NCBI GenBank assembly: GCA_040954595.2
Contig: CM082589.2
Location: 3,362,213 to 3,426,212, forward strand
Source of the DNA: Balanoglossus misakiensis
Taxonomy: Eukaryota > Animalia > Hemichordata
Length of the DNA: 64,000 bases
Direction: 5' to 3'
Below, piece after piece: positions 20,201-32,400 of this stretch. How positions within the stretch are numbered: position 1 is the stretch's first letter; each line of letters starts with the position of its first letter. The notes under the pieces are model-generated. The model saw only the letters and a program-made list of their open reading frames with translations, searched no databases and was not told the DNA's origin. The position numbers were made by a program, and so were the translations under genes.

Positions 20201-21829
20201 CTAAGTGTAATAGTGAGGACCTTTCTGTCGCATTCCCGACATGCATTTCAGGTTGTTTTTGTAAATAGAATACAGGGCCCTTCCACCAAATCCCTTACTG
20301 TTCCCAACGCCATCTTTTTGAAACCGAAACTGGTCGTATTCAGGTGTCCTGAGCGGCAAGTGTCTGACGCGAACATCCTTGCAGCAGACGATACGGAGCT
20401 TGCCGAGCGCGTCCATCATGAACTCGTAATGGCCGACCCTTTCTAACATGGGGTCGAAGCCTATACTTCTGACCGACAGCGTTCTGCCCATGAACGCGTT
20501 GGGGATCTCGTCGGCGATTTCACACTCCGGGTATTCTTCCAGATAGCCGTGCTTCGAGTTATAAACGCGGTTAACGCAGTGCCCCTCTTTACTGAACCCT
20601 CGTTGGTAGACAGAAGTCGTGAACAGAGATTTCATCATGACGCCATCTTCTTTTTCCACGCGCGTGCTGGCTACGTCGATCTTCAAATTCGGGTCTTCTA
20701 AAATTTCCACCAATTTCTCCAGCTTTGTCGTCTTCGTGAACACCATATCGTCGTCCAGGATAAAGAAATAGGGAGTTCTAACTTGGCTGAGGGCCAAATT
20801 TCTTCCAGCGAACCAACCTTCCGCAAACGGCATGATGAACTGTTTAACGTTGCTGTCTGTTATTTTCTCGATCTCCTTGCTGTCGTCTGCTACAACAATC
20901 GTCATGTTTGGATAGAACTCATGGACGCTATTGATCAATGCTCGAAGAGCGCCGTACCGCATGAACGTTTTGGTAATCACGGTGACTTTCTTGTTAATAT
21001 TGTCCTCCTCTCTGACGTCAAAGAGTCGCGGGAACGGCTTCCGACGGATGTGCACGTGCACGTGGACGGCGAACCCTCGGTAGCGAACTTCAACGATATC
21101 TCTGGCGTCAATGTCGTACAGATCGCTCTTGTAAATCACGTATTTCAGCAGAGCGTTCGTGTCCGACACGTTCATCCCAGTGAATATCTTCAACTGTCCC
21201 GAGTCCTGCCCAGTTATTCCGACTCTCTGTGCAAACTTTGAACTCTCGGGCAGTTCGACTTTGAGCACACCCAGGTTTTTCAGAGAGACGAACTCAAGAA
21301 CAAATTCCTGATTCCCTTGGATCGTCGGAATGTCGACAATCGTCAGGCCGGCGAGAGGTATCGATTCCAACGGTTCAACGGTGAGCCCGCTACCGAAGTA
21401 AGCCATCGGCGACATCGCTTGGCATGCCACAAGCGGTTCTCGCGCATCCTCGTTCTCCTTCTCAAGTCTCTCCAATTCTCGTTTGCGGCGATATTTCACG
21501 TTCGTTTTCAAGGGGCCATAGAAACCACCATCGCACTCGCAATCTTCGCTCTCTTCCCGCTCTTTCATTTCGAGCTGCAGCCGCTGCAAGTCCCACAGCG
21601 AGAGCCCGCTCTCCTCCCAGGCCTGACTGAGGAATTTGGCGAACGACTGGTGGCAGTCGCTTCGGCTCGCCGGGGAGCTGGCGACGGGTCCGACGCTCCG
21701 GCTTTCTAGGGAGCGACTGCATCTTTCGTTGGCGGTGATTTGGCGGTAGTGCGATATGAGGCCCCAGATTGCCATGAAAGAGGCCAAGAAGAGCAAAGTG
21801 TTCAAACGCAGAGTAAAGACTTTCATCAT
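20201..21829 (-). CDS. B4GALNT1-like: Beta-1,4-N-acetylgalactosaminyltransferase 1/2-like (GT12) type II Golgi glycosyltransferase, single coding exon, 542 aa
   Basis: N-terminal TM (LNTLLFLASFMAIWGLI) and stem with CxC. KVTVITKTFMRY, IVVADDS, MPFAEGWFAGRNLALSQVRTPYFFILDDDMVF (DXD) and GFDPMLERVGHYEF match B4GALNT1/2 signatures. A splice acceptor lies just upstream of the ATG (exon starts 21843), with a candidate 5'UTR donor at 22596/22597. Confidence 0.93.
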   Translation of the reverse strand: MMKVFTLRLNTLLFLASFMAIWGLISHYRQITANERCSRSLESRSVGPVASSPASRSDCHQSFAKFLSQAWEESGLSLWDLQRLQLEMKEREESEDCECDGGFYGPLKTNVKYRRKRELERLEKENEDAREPLVACQAMSPMAYFGSGLTVEPLESIPLAGLTIVDIPTIQGNQEFVLEFVSLKNLGVLKVELPESSKFAQRVGITGQDSGQLKIFTGMNVSDTNALLKYVIYKSDLYDIDARDIVEVRYRGFAVHVHVHIRRKPFPRLFDVREEDNINKKVTVITKTFMRYGALRALINSVHEFYPNMTIVVADDSKEIEKITDSNVKQFIMPFAEGWFAGRNLALSQVRTPYFFILDDDMVFTKTTKLEKLVEILEDPNLKIDVASTRVEKEDGVMMKSLFTTSVYQRGFSKEGHCVNRVYNSKHGYLEEYPECEIADEIPNAFMGRTLSVRSIGFDPMLERVGHYEFMMDALGKLRIVCCKDVRVRHLPLRTPEYDQFRFQKDGVGNSKGFGGRALYSIYKNNLKCMSGMRQKGPHYYT

Positions 21830-23260
21830 CGGTACAAAGTTACCTATACAAAGAAAGAAAGAAAGATGACACTAAAACTGTCAATATCTATATATAAGCC
21901 GGGGAGGCCACAAAACGCGGTGGTATTGGGGCACGTACATGTACGTATTCAATACCATACACAGATTTATGCAAATTTGTGCGGTGACGTCAAATCGGCT
22001 CAGGGCAGACGACAGCTTGCGTGAACGCGCGGGAAACGTTGACACTTGCTGATGAAATGTCAAACACTGGATTAGTGTGACAAAAAGAGGATGTCGGGAG
22101 AAAACACAAATTTGCTGACAGAGAGAATTGCACGAATCTATGGAGTGGAGTGTTTACATTGTGGACTCGTAAATACCCCTTTAAATGCAAAAAAATATAT
22201 ATTAAAAATAGAGAACTTTTGAAATTAGCGTCATACAGACAGGCCTAAATACACCTGCGACAACCCTCTTTAGTGTAACTGGGAGAGTGTTCACAAACGA
22301 AAGTAAACTGACATGCCTCAATGACAATTCAAGAGCCGTTGTTTGCGTTTGTGATTGACATGTCGAGCGCCATGTCAGGAGGAGTGACAGCCTGTGGTGA
22401 AAATGGATGTCTATCGCGGATGTCGTTCGCTCACCGAAAATCGCAGTCTGAATTTTTTATATTTCTCGCAAAAGTCGGCGTTCGTCGCCGGGAGAAAGAG
22501 TTGGGACGGTAGTTCAGGTTTCAAACGACAGGGAAAGCTCGAGTTGTCACGACCGCCTTGTCGAGATATCTTGTGGTAAAGATGAGTGGGACTTACCTCA
22601 GTATCGGCTACGTTCGGCAGGGAAACCAGAGCGGAAACGAGACCCCGATGCCACAGTTGGTACCAAACCTGCCTCCGTGTCACGTGACCCCCGCCTGCGT
22701 GCTGCATCACTCGCTCAGCGGATGACCAGGCTATACAAGGGCACACGGTGTAACAGGTGTTGAAGGGATTATCACAAGCCTGACAACCATTAAATGTTGT
22801 GACAGAAATATGAGTGCTTTCGGAAACGGAAATAGTAAACAATAGCGTTGAAAATGACAGAACTCACCAAAGGTTCACTGTCCTAGTTCAGCTTGGAATT
22901 TCATCAGAGCAGAGTCATGAATTATCAATGTTTTCCATATGATGGGTAGACATTTAACAAACTCGGCAAATTATGTGATGTTACTAAATCAGAAAATGCT
23001 TATTTTAGCTTCCATTGTAAATATAGCCATCTTTTATTTCACTTCTGTCACCAATATGCAACTGTAGTAAATTTATAAGAGACAGACAGACATACAGACA
23101 TGGGGAATGAATGCCAATTTGTTTATTGGGTGAAGTTAAGACTTTAAACTTTACAGATTTGTCACAAAATAAGGCAGTAAATATGTAGAGTAAGATATAA
23201 ATATAAATCATTTTTGTCGCCACAAATGGATGTGCATCCAACTGCAACAAGTTGTCCATC

Positions 23261-24847
23261 TTAAAATACAGTTTTAAGGCCACCAATGCACTTTATATTG
23301 TTTTTAAAGAGCGAGTAAAAGATGCGTTGCTCGTAGCCAACTTTATCCCCGATTCCGTCTGTGTAGCGATGTTTCACATACTCCCTGGAACGGGCTCGTT
23401 CGTGGTATACTGTGACATCATCACAGACCGCAATTCGGAGCTTCCCCAGGGCGTCGAAGTAAAACTCTATGTGCCCGATCCTGTCGATCATCGGGTCGAA
23501 ACCGACCTTTCGGACGGACTCGGTTTTCGCCAGAAAGATGTTCCCGATCTCGTCGGCGTAGTAGCAGTTCGGGAGATTCAAAACGTTGTGGTAGTGTCGC
23601 GGGTGCCGCCGGTAGAGACAGTGCCCGCTGTCGCTGTGGTTACGCAAGTAAATGGCGGGGTTGAAGTGACCGTCATCAAGGTTACCGTTCTCTTCCGTTC
23701 TGGCCCCAAGGATGTCCAGCGTGGGGTGGCGCTCCATCCGGTCAAGCAGGGTTTCCAAACGCGTGTTTTCCGTAAACACCATGTCATCGTCGACGTAAAA
23801 GAAATACTTTGTCGCTACCTGACTGAGTCCCAAATTCCTCCCGGCAAACCAACCCTCCTTGAAAGGCATGACGTAATGTTTGACGTTTCGCCCCATGATT
23901 GGCTGCGTTTTGTCACTGTCGTCGACCACTATGATCGTCATATTTGGGTAGTACCTATTGACGCTTGCAACTAACTTGTTCACCGACTCGTATCTCAGAA
24001 AAGTTTTCGTCACCAAGGTAACCTTCCTGTGTAAATCGTCTGCATCGTCTTCAAAGTCATATAATTTGGGGAAGGGTTGTCTGAAAATACGCAAATTCAT
24101 AGACACGGTGAAATGAAGGAAGGATACCTCAATAACGTCCAGGGCGTCATGTTGTACCTTTTTGCTTTGATATGATACGTTTCGTAGCAACATGTTCATT
24201 GTCTCAACGGGAAGGGATGAGTTTATGACCAATAGCTTCGTGTTCTGTCCAGTAACTTCGACCTCATCGCTGTATGTTTCATCCAACCCAACGCTCAGTG
24301 ACCCGAGATACTTCGTCGAGCGAAAACTTACAGTGTACCAGGAGCTTGACTCCAAAAACGATGACGCCAACGGGTGCAGGGACAAACCGATGATCGTCAC
24401 CGACTTCAGCGGCTCGACGGTGATTCCGTACCCGATGAAACTTATCGGCGACACGGCTGGGCACTGGACGAGTGGTTCGGAGGTCCTCGTGCCTTCTCCC
24501 TGCGCTAGGAGAACCTCCGCCCTCCTTTGAAGGGTGGCTTTGCCAAGGGGGCCGTACGACGCCGATCTGTGACAGGTGCAGCGGTCACGTGACTGAAACT
24601 CCGTCGGTAGAAAGTCGCCATCTTTGCTCATTTTCATCTGGAGATCTGCCAACCACTCGGCGAAGACCTCGCGGCACCCGTCGTAGGGATCGCCCTCCTC
24701 CTCAGATGACGCCTCCCTCTTGGGGTTCGTCTTGTCACATCCGGGTACGCTCACATCACCATCGAAAAAATATTTGGAGAAACACACGCCCAGAAATATT
24801 AGCACCGTGTACCTCAGGACGGATTTTAAAATCCATGTCAGTCTCAT
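23261..24847 (-). CDS. B4GALNT1-like: B4GALNT1/2-like (GT12) glycosyltransferase, tandem paralog, single coding exon, 528 aa
   Basis: N-terminal TM (YTVLIFLGVCFS), CTC stem, KVTLVTKTFLRY, MPFKEGWFAGRNLGLSQVATKYFFYVDDDMVF and GFDPMIDRIGHIEF. Colinear with the neighbouring paralog but well diverged. Confidence 0.93.
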   Translation of the reverse strand: MRLTWILKSVLRYTVLIFLGVCFSKYFFDGDVSVPGCDKTNPKREASSEEEGDPYDGCREVFAEWLADLQMKMSKDGDFLPTEFQSRDRCTCHRSASYGPLGKATLQRRAEVLLAQGEGTRTSEPLVQCPAVSPISFIGYGITVEPLKSVTIIGLSLHPLASSFLESSSWYTVSFRSTKYLGSLSVGLDETYSDEVEVTGQNTKLLVINSSLPVETMNMLLRNVSYQSKKVQHDALDVIEVSFLHFTVSMNLRIFRQPFPKLYDFEDDADDLHRKVTLVTKTFLRYESVNKLVASVNRYYPNMTIIVVDDSDKTQPIMGRNVKHYVMPFKEGWFAGRNLGLSQVATKYFFYVDDDMVFTENTRLETLLDRMERHPTLDILGARTEENGNLDDGHFNPAIYLRNHSDSGHCLYRRHPRHYHNVLNLPNCYYADEIGNIFLAKTESVRKVGFDPMIDRIGHIEFYFDALGKLRIAVCDDVTVYHERARSREYVKHRYTDGIGDKVGYEQRIFYSLFKNNIKCIGGLKTVF

Positions 24848-26462
24848 TGTTATTTCCCCAAATAATAAAGAAACAGCTGGTGTGAATCTTCATTTATTTA
24901 CAGACCACGTGACGAGTTGCTCCGGACAAATTCATGTGAATCCAACAAGCAACATGCATCAGTTGTGCTTCATGGTGCCCTAATGGAAAGATTATACACA
25001 CATATTATTAGTTAAAATATCAGGTCAGGGTATTTTTTATTTATTTACAAGGCGAGTATTGTGGCAAAATTATGCAGGCACAAAAATATGACATTTAGCG
25101 TATATACATGTACACAGTAAAAGGGGACCTATATATACATGTACCATGTTTCTACCGTTCAGTCACAGCTAGCGTTTTATACATGTAGACGAAGAGGCCA
25201 CGATGAAAAAATAATCACAGACCCACAAACCTGAAATAATGGCTGACATAACTGCCACCATAGTGCTTACAGGGTAATACGTGACACTGGGATGGTCTGT
25301 ATTTAATAACATATGCAAATTACATAGTAATAACTACTGTCCTGATTTTTAGAATTTGTGAGGAAACATTACGTTTGTCAGTTAATAGAAAATTCAACGA
25401 AGCAACTAAAATTTCATCAACGTTTTTTATGTATGAGAACAACTTACCGCATCGGCTTTCTGCTACTGGTAAAAAATGACAGCTAGCGTCAAAAGGTACA
25501 CAGCAATATTTAACGTTTGCATATGTATAGCGCTTTCCAAACAACCATTATTATGACGTCACTTCCTCTTACCGCTTTGACGTTTGTCCGCGGATTAAAC
25601 TATTTTCAGGCCGTTCGCGCTATTGCATTCAGCACATACCAGCTGTCGCCTGCTTTAAACGATTATTCAGGTCGCCGTGAGTTTTTTGATACAGAATCAT
25701 GTAAACGACAACGATCGCATGCCTTTGCTCCGTGATCCCCCCCGTGACGTCAGCCGTGTCAGCATTTCTTTTCACTCATGACAAGTTGTTGTCAAAGAGG
25801 ATGAATTTTCTGGAATGCATGATGAAATCACTCGACACATACAACCTAAAATGCCTTTGATAAATTAACATTTAATGCAATTCCAGAAATATAATATCAT
25901 ACATCATAACCTAGAAAGAGTGAAATCAAGTCACGTGATATCATTATAGTCAACCGGATAATTACAACAAAACTGCAGCACATTGTAAAATGTTAAGTTT
26001 TTTATTTATATATACAGAACGATAAAATTTAAATATTGTTAAATTGAAATTCATGTGAAAATGTTATCATTTCTTTTTATATCCAACAACATGATTATTG
26101 AACCAATAAAAACTTACAATGGAGATATAAAAATGTAACATGTACTGGTGTCAACACCTAGTAATACGTAATAATGTGTCTTCATAATTCAAGAAGCAAA
26201 GGCCTTGTTCATCCCATCGCATAGTGGCGCTTTTCTCAGTATTGGCATCGCGGAAGGGGGAAGCTGGGAAATATTGAATACATGTATTGCTATTTTTTGG
26301 CTTTTAAACTTTTATGTTCGTGTTCGTCTTTCTGAAAGCTTTTTTTTTTGGTATCAAGCTTGGTACACAATTCACACTGTCGTGGGGTGTGGGGAATCAT
26401 AATTACACAAATTTTACATTGAATTTCTAGTGTTCTGTCAAAGATGGCCGTCTGCATCCGTC

Positions 26463-29400
26463 TTACAGTCGATCTCCAACGTTACCGGCGTCGATACTGT
26501 CAGTGCCGCTGTAATAGGACCACAGCGAATTCGTCTCCACCGTGGTGGAATCGTCGCTCTGACTGACTATGCCCTCTTTGTTCGGGTTGTTTCGCAGGCA
26601 GCAGATCAGGTTGCGAAATCCGCGCCGGAAGTTCACGCTGAGTAAAGAATACACGAACGGCTTGTAAACACACACGGAGTAGAAGAAAGTGTCGGCGAGG
26701 AACTCGCAGAGAGAATACCACTTATTGTAGGTGGCGACGCCGTCCCGAATGAACACCGAGACGATGCTGTCGATGCTGGCCGGCAGATACAGCAAGGAGA
26801 AGAGCGTTATCAGCGTCAGGAGCAATTTGAGTGCCCTCTTGCAAGCGGCCATGATCTTGTAGTTTGCAGACAGCAGGACCTGCGCTTCGGTGGAGCGCAG
26901 AAACGCGTTTATCCTCGTGAATGCGACTGTGATGATGACGAGCGGGACCACGTAGAAGATGACGATTCTCGCCAGCGACAATTTCAGCGCAGCCGACTGT
27001 GAGAGTCCCAACTCACAGACCAGTCTGAGCGACGCGTTACCGTTTTCCTCCGGCAGTCCGGGAACTTGAACGACGCCACTGAAGTAACTTTTGGGAACAG
27101 CTGCAGATACTGCCAACAGCTGCACGAGGAAAGCCACTGCGATGAATTTCTTGGCCGAACGGATGCTGTACGCCCTCATCGGTCGAGATAAGGTAAGGAA
27201 CCTGACAACAGCAAACATTTCAATAGGTTTTACAGAAATTCTACTCATACTCATAAACATTGATTAAAACAAATTCAATTACGACTAATCTTTTAATGGA
27301 AATAGTTTTTAATCTCGGATAATCTAATTTACAATAATGAAAAAATGAAAGGACGTTTTCCCGCCGAAACGAAAACATGAAAGCACGTTTTCCCGCCAAG
27401 CCCTGGGGCTATGCGATAAAGAAGCTTACCTGTCAACACTCATTGCTGTCAAGGTGTAAACTGTTACTGCAATGGCGTAATCTTGAAAGAAGAAGGCGAC
27501 AGAGCAGAACCTCCCTCCAAAATTCCACTCCTTAAGATATAAAAACAATCTGAGTGAGACATATTCGCTGTAAAAAACTTTCAATCCATTTTCTTTCAAT
27601 CGGGGAGGGGTAATTATGAAAATTCTCTTCATGGTAGATTCGCTGTTCACCGCCTCATTCATAGCGGCTGGTGCTAGAGTATATCTCTATTTTATCAGCA
27701 TGGAAGGCCCATGCAAATTAGGAAACGAAATTTCCAAATCGCCCTGTGTCGTACCGGAAGAACAGTCTACTGACAGTATTCCACACTTACCTGGGAAACA
27801 TACGTACTCATGACGTCAAAGGGCATTGCCAAGAGCAACAAGGTCAAATCCCCGACCGCCATTTGCGAGATGAAGAGATTTGTCACCGTTCTCATGTGGC
27901 CGTTGAGGGCAACCACAGACACGGTCAACGTGTTGCCTGAATTGAAGAAACGAGAAAAGTAAAAACAAATCAATCAGATGAGAAGACACGCTGACAATTT
28001 TAACCATTTTATATCGCGTCGAGAAAATCACAGAAAATTAGTACTTTTGTGCACGTGATTGTCAGGTAAGACACAATCTACGATACGAGACGAAATCTTG
28101 TGTGCTAGCTTTATGAAAAATCGCGAAATGATAGCAGTTGGCTTATTCTGCAGACATGTTGGGAGGGGATTATGCAAATAAGCAGAACACATGTGCATGC
28201 GGCGGGACATCTGGTCGCGTCTCATGAATAGAGATTGGTGATGTAACCGTGGTTTTCACACCACGGTCCCTCAACAGATGGAGGGGTCCGTGTCGTTCGC
28301 ATCCAACAGGTGCTGCTCACACCACATGCGCAGTAACCCCCGAACGTCACACACACTTGGGCCGGTCAAACCGACGATCAAGACACAGACAGCCGTATAC
28401 ATGTACGCCTGTCTTTCAAATTTTATTACAACCCACGACCAACAGTAATATTTCAAACAGATTGATGGCGCATGAAATTGCTTATCAGATATTAGAATTT
28501 GATTTCAGAACGGAATCTGACATACAGTAATGAAATATTTCGCTTATCGCGTATGTCCGTAAAATTTGCAATAAATTTAAAAGTCAAATTAATATTTTTT
28601 GTTCACATTGAAACATCTGAAATTTCCACCAGGAATTTCCCCGTGCCCTGTTACGTATTGCAAGGCGCGTAATAACTCACGCACCGTTACCTTACATCTA
28701 CGTCATGCGTTCTCTGATAATGTTCAAAATTGACTCATGTTGGCCGGAAAATTCAAATTGGCATCTTACCGAACCCCGGTGCAATGCCGGAGTGGAAATG
28801 TAAAATTCAGTTTTCGCTTGAACGATTTCAGGGACTGCATTTTATACATTTTTCGTTGCCGTTGGCATCGGCGGCCCGATTGTTTACACCGCATCGCGAG
28901 CGGTAGCTCCGGGCACAACAATCCATTTTAAGTGTATTTGTCAGACTTCTGCGCGTTACTTTGTACTCGACATTTGAGAATACCCAAGGAAACATTTAGC
29001 GTGATTTGGGGATTCCGCCATGTACAGCACAGCGCACCTCGACTTTATTACGTACGACTCTTGATTCGTGAATGAGACATCCTGGTGCGCCGCCGGTGAG
29101 GTCACGATGCACTTATTTCCATGGCAACCACTGCTTAGCTAAATCTGAATATACCTTGCTGAAAATCACAGGCTTCCATCCATATGGTAGTGAACATTCG
29201 CTGGCGCGCTCTTTTTTGACGTTTAATTAATAGCATGCATCGATCTATTAATCTTCGTGCCGATCCCCGTCAACACAGAGACGTTCTTAGATGGGAAATT
29301 TAAATAAATTGTAATCTGAAAATGTACATTATTTACAAGAACTCACGATAATGTCTTGAGGAAGGTGGAATAACGAAGAAAGAATGAGAAATGTCCAGAA

Positions 29401-32400
29401 AATATGTTTGTTTGATATATTAGACATAAATCTAATCACCGACAGTTGAAAAGCGACAGCAATAAAACAAACTCCATTTGCATGTTCATATAAACCCACC
29501 AGCTCTTTAGCGCATTAAGTCGGCGCAGTGGAATTAATTAAGAATCATACGAATGACCTTTTAACCTCATGCTAATGACCCAAAGGCATCCGAAGTAAAT
29601 GAACTCTTAGTAATACGTTTTCGCTTCTGGTTATGTTTTAACATGGACTTGGGGACACAGTGTCGTGTTCCTTGGCCACGGATTTCATCTAAAGATGTCA
29701 TGAATAAGAGGGAGAATCGATTGCGCGTTTGTTTCTTCCCATGCAAGAAGAGGATCAGCGAGGGCTCCGGGCGATTTCGCTTCGTTATCCTAATTTGAGA
29801 GCTTACCCTATTACCCCGAGACCTTAACTGCGCAGGGAACTGAAAATTAACGAAAAGGTGTTGTCAAATGCTTATAGTAATCCGATAAAAGGAAAGGGTC
29901 AGCTATTTGTTTTGTAGAAGACATGAAGGGCAAAAGTTTAATCCATGCGTGTCAAGTTTGCCAGAAATCTGTAGTCGTAGTGATTCGTCTTTTCGCCAAG
30001 ATGGTTATTTCGTTATTTCGAGCGGGTTCAAATGTTGCTCTAAATGTGACAATTGAATGTTATTGTCATATGATATGTAATGCAAAATACTGCAAAGTAC
30101 TCCATTTTATGAAATCTGCCATTCTACCGTAAAACGGTGAGAGATACTGTAAAAGGGTGAGGGATGCAGGTCTGACTGAAGGAGAAAGATGGAGACAAAC
30201 TTAAAATCGTTAGGACAGTCGGAATTGCAGCTAACGCGCTAAATTGTAGCAACATGTCATCGCATGTACAAGCAAGCAGGGGCTAACCGTGAAATACTGT
30301 CGGCAAACGGACTGTTTTGAATTTTAATAGTTTCCAAGATTCATCAGTCGCCATTAAACGTTTTTCAATAAGTCGACGAATGAGGGGAGTTTACGACCAC
30401 GGTGCACGTCAGCGGGTAATATCGCTCGGGAGGACGGCCGTTTTTATGGGTATTTCTCTCTCTGACCTCTGCCACGTCGCCGTGTGACCCCTACCGGGTG
30501 TTAACTTCTTTACTAACGGTGGTCGTGATTTGTTTCGAGGCGGGAAATCTAATGAAATTTATGACGAACAGCAGAAAGGTGAACGGGGCCCTGGATCAAC
30601 TCATTGAGAGCGGCTATGGCGTCCCATTAGGCAATTCCACAGCCAAACTCTTGGCGTCTTCGAGCTCACTTTTATGGCTGCTCAATCTGACATATTTATG
30701 AAATTGGAAATAAATTAGGTGTAAAACACATTCGTCTTGACATTTCAATCAGGGAAAAGAGGAATTAGCGATTGCCTTTTGCTTATATATTTTCGGTACT
30801 TTCAAAATACTATAAACTCATTATGTCCATTAGTTAATTACATCACTGTTGTGCAAAATTTGTGAAGTCAGGTTTGTAGGCGCCACTGAATCGAAAACCG
30901 CCATGACCCCGTTCGAGGCACTAGTCATTAATCTCGTTTATAATTTCGAATAATTTTTTTATGTTATGTTTTCTTGACTACTGTATTGCCCTTTTTAGAC
31001 CAGAAGCCGGCTACATTCATATACTGGTCCAGAAAATCCCCCTTAATACCAAAATCCTTAAGGCATTATGCTCCTTCCGTATGTCTGAAATCATAGGCTT
31101 GTTTTAGCCCTTGTCTTCAGTCGAACTGACAGATGTCTTCCGTATCTTAGCTTGAATGTCTCTGACAGATTTGCCCCATTCGGTACATTCCGCCAATAAA
31201 TATCGAAACAGCCTGAGTGGTATTTATGATTTTTGTGGAATCGTCTGTCGTTTTTATTGTCTTGAAATGTGAGACAATTCAACGAACAGTGCGCTACATT
31301 TGTCATTTAAATCGGGCATGTCTGAAACGCGGATTAACTCAATAAAACTTGCGAAAAGAAGACCATTCGGCGCAGTCAAACCGTCAAGACATTTCGTTGT
31401 AAATTTTCCTGTCCCCTTCTGTGTATTCCCCGCAGGTAGTTTTCAGTGAAACTCATCACGTCTACTTGTCTGTATGCGATAACGATTTCGCAAAACCGAC
31501 TTTGTAATCAGCGCAGGACTTTTATTATTTGTATATGACAAGAATAGCTTGAAGCTAGCGCCAACGTATCGTGATAGTCGTCATTAGGAATGTAGCTTTG
31601 GGACGAAATAGTTTGTCCTTGTCGCGAAGTGGAATCTCCTACCCGAAGTTTATTATATCATTCTGATTTCCCTACTGAAATGCTGACTAAGGTTGCCATT
31701 TTGTCATTTTGAGAAAATGGTGCCAAATTGAAACAATGCAGGCTCCTCCAAGACACCCATTTATAGAAATCGAAATCCAAACTAAAATTTACCAGCCATA
31801 TCATTGCATAAACCGTTTGAAGATCAAACAATCATATCAATTGCCGGGGCTAGCCTCGGCCTCGATCGAAAAGAGCAAACATCATTAAAGCCGAATTAGG
31901 AGAAAGTGAAATCAGCCAGCGACTGCAGATTGCGGGCTCTCTCGCTTCCGGATGAGTTAGCTTTCCCTCGTTAACCGAAGAAGAAAAATAACGCGTTTAG
32001 GTTCTGTGAGTGAGAAGGAGGCATTACAAAAATGTCACGGGTTAATGGTTCATCTTGATTGATCGTGTTCGTGTGAAAGTTTTCGAATAGAACTCGAAAA
32101 CTTCGAGGTGTTTAACATGAAAGTACTCGTGTCGTGGTTTGAGAGGTTTCATCAGGAAATAGCAAAGGGAGGACAATGAAGTCATGGGCTTTGTGCCAGA
32201 TTGGTAATAGCTCATATTGAGTGATCGCCATCCTGTCCGACTTCCTACCCGACTCAATTACTCGAACAGTTATACACTATAAGCCCAATGAAAAGTGAAT
32301 GGATTTCGGAATTGGTGGGCCAACCTAGGAATTAATGAAACCCGACCTAAGTCACGGGAATCTCGTTCATTTTGAGTGGTGTACTTCCTGCGAAACTTTT

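Noticed and set aside
20213-24885. Long + strand ORFs (e.g. 23252-23974, 240 aa; 20783-21241; 21317-21709)
   Set aside because: Antisense shadows of the GC-richer B4GALNT coding sequences, with no recognisable motifs.
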